A stretch of 64,000 nt of DNA, from positions 144,286,740 to 144,350,739 of the forward strand of contig NC_068982.1 in the NCBI RefSeq assembly GCF_001194135.2, in the 5' to 3' direction. A model generated the notes under the pieces. It was not told the origin of the DNA, searched no databases, and saw nothing but the letters and a program-made list of their open reading frames with translations. The translations under genes and the position numbers were made by a program. Below, piece after piece: positions 63,101-64,000 of the stretch; position 1 is the first letter of the stretch; every line of letters begins with the position of its first letter. The stretch comes from Octopus bimaculoides. Taxonomy: Eukaryota.

Positions 63101-63927
63101 CTGTTTCATTTGGTAGATCAGTTGATGTTCGTTCTCATATAGAATTGCCAAATACTGTCACATGATTTGGGTTTTAAAATTCTTGTAAGTATGAGAGAAA
63201 ATATCTCCCAGAAAAAATAATAAATACACGGTAGCGTTGAAATGAAAAGCTATCCAAGTTGCTGAGAAGATAATTCATTGTACAGAAGTTGAGAGAATTT
63301 GGTATTCCAGAGAAACTTGTGATAGACTGGAGAAGATAGGGAACGAGTTTCAGATAACATGGAAAGCAAAGTGTAGTGACAAAGGTTAGCTTTGCAAGAG
63401 GCTGCTAAGAAGAATAGTGGGTACTTTGAAATCACCAAGATAGAAAAATGTCTACCTCATAGAACTGACAAATCTATGAACAAAAACAAATCAAAGAATG
63501 ACAGAATTTTGGGTTTTAAAGCAAGTGTCAGATGGTAATACAAGGTCTATATATGACAGTATGATTTGAGCACTTCAGTAGAGGACAAAGATTGCACAAA
63601 AGCAAATTCCAGACAGAATAATGACAACATTGACCTTATGATTATGAAGTTTATTCAGTACTGAAAATAATGAACAGCAATTTTGCAGAATTTTGCGCTT
63701 GAAGTTTTTAATATTTATCAAGAAATTATAGTTTAAGGCCATATTAAATGTTAGCTCTATCTTGTTTGCATAAATTAAGCTTACAAATTCACTTTTATTT
63801 GATGTAGTTAACATTTTCATTTAAATATTCATAGCTTTAAACTATATTGAATTACCTAGTTTAAAATTGAAGGTCTAAATATTCATAACAGCTACAGGGA
63901 CATATTTACTTTGTAAGATGTGAGTTT

Positions 63928-64000
<73 letters not shown>

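Overview
AT-rich metazoan genomic DNA. The SINE/RTE/MITE repertoire and the dinucleotide microsatellites suggest an octopus (inference). There are four N-gaps, each flanked by microsatellites. None of the supplied ORFs is a host gene. Reading splice signals on the minus strand gives eight short exons between 15619 and 34049 (90, 85, 80, 84, 66, 58, 87 and 77 nt). They are phase-compatible and splice into an open 209-codon stretch of the FERM domain of an FRMD4A/B orthologue. I could not find the flanking FRMD4 exons, so the rest of the window is probably intron (>15 kb downstream, >29 kb upstream). The introns hold decayed non-LTR retrotransposons (RTE, R4/Dong-like, Jockey/CR1-like), several SINE families, TTAA-flanked MITEs and two mariner-type remnants. 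The main unexplained structure is a set of at least eight local fold-back inverted repeats with arms of 17-320 bp, most built from ordinary flanking sequence or TE pieces. Several abut microsatellites, and four have spacers of 86-95 bp. All would form dsRNA in the pre-mRNA. All coordinates and identities were counted by hand. I found no demonstrated novel system; the fold-back pattern is the best lead.
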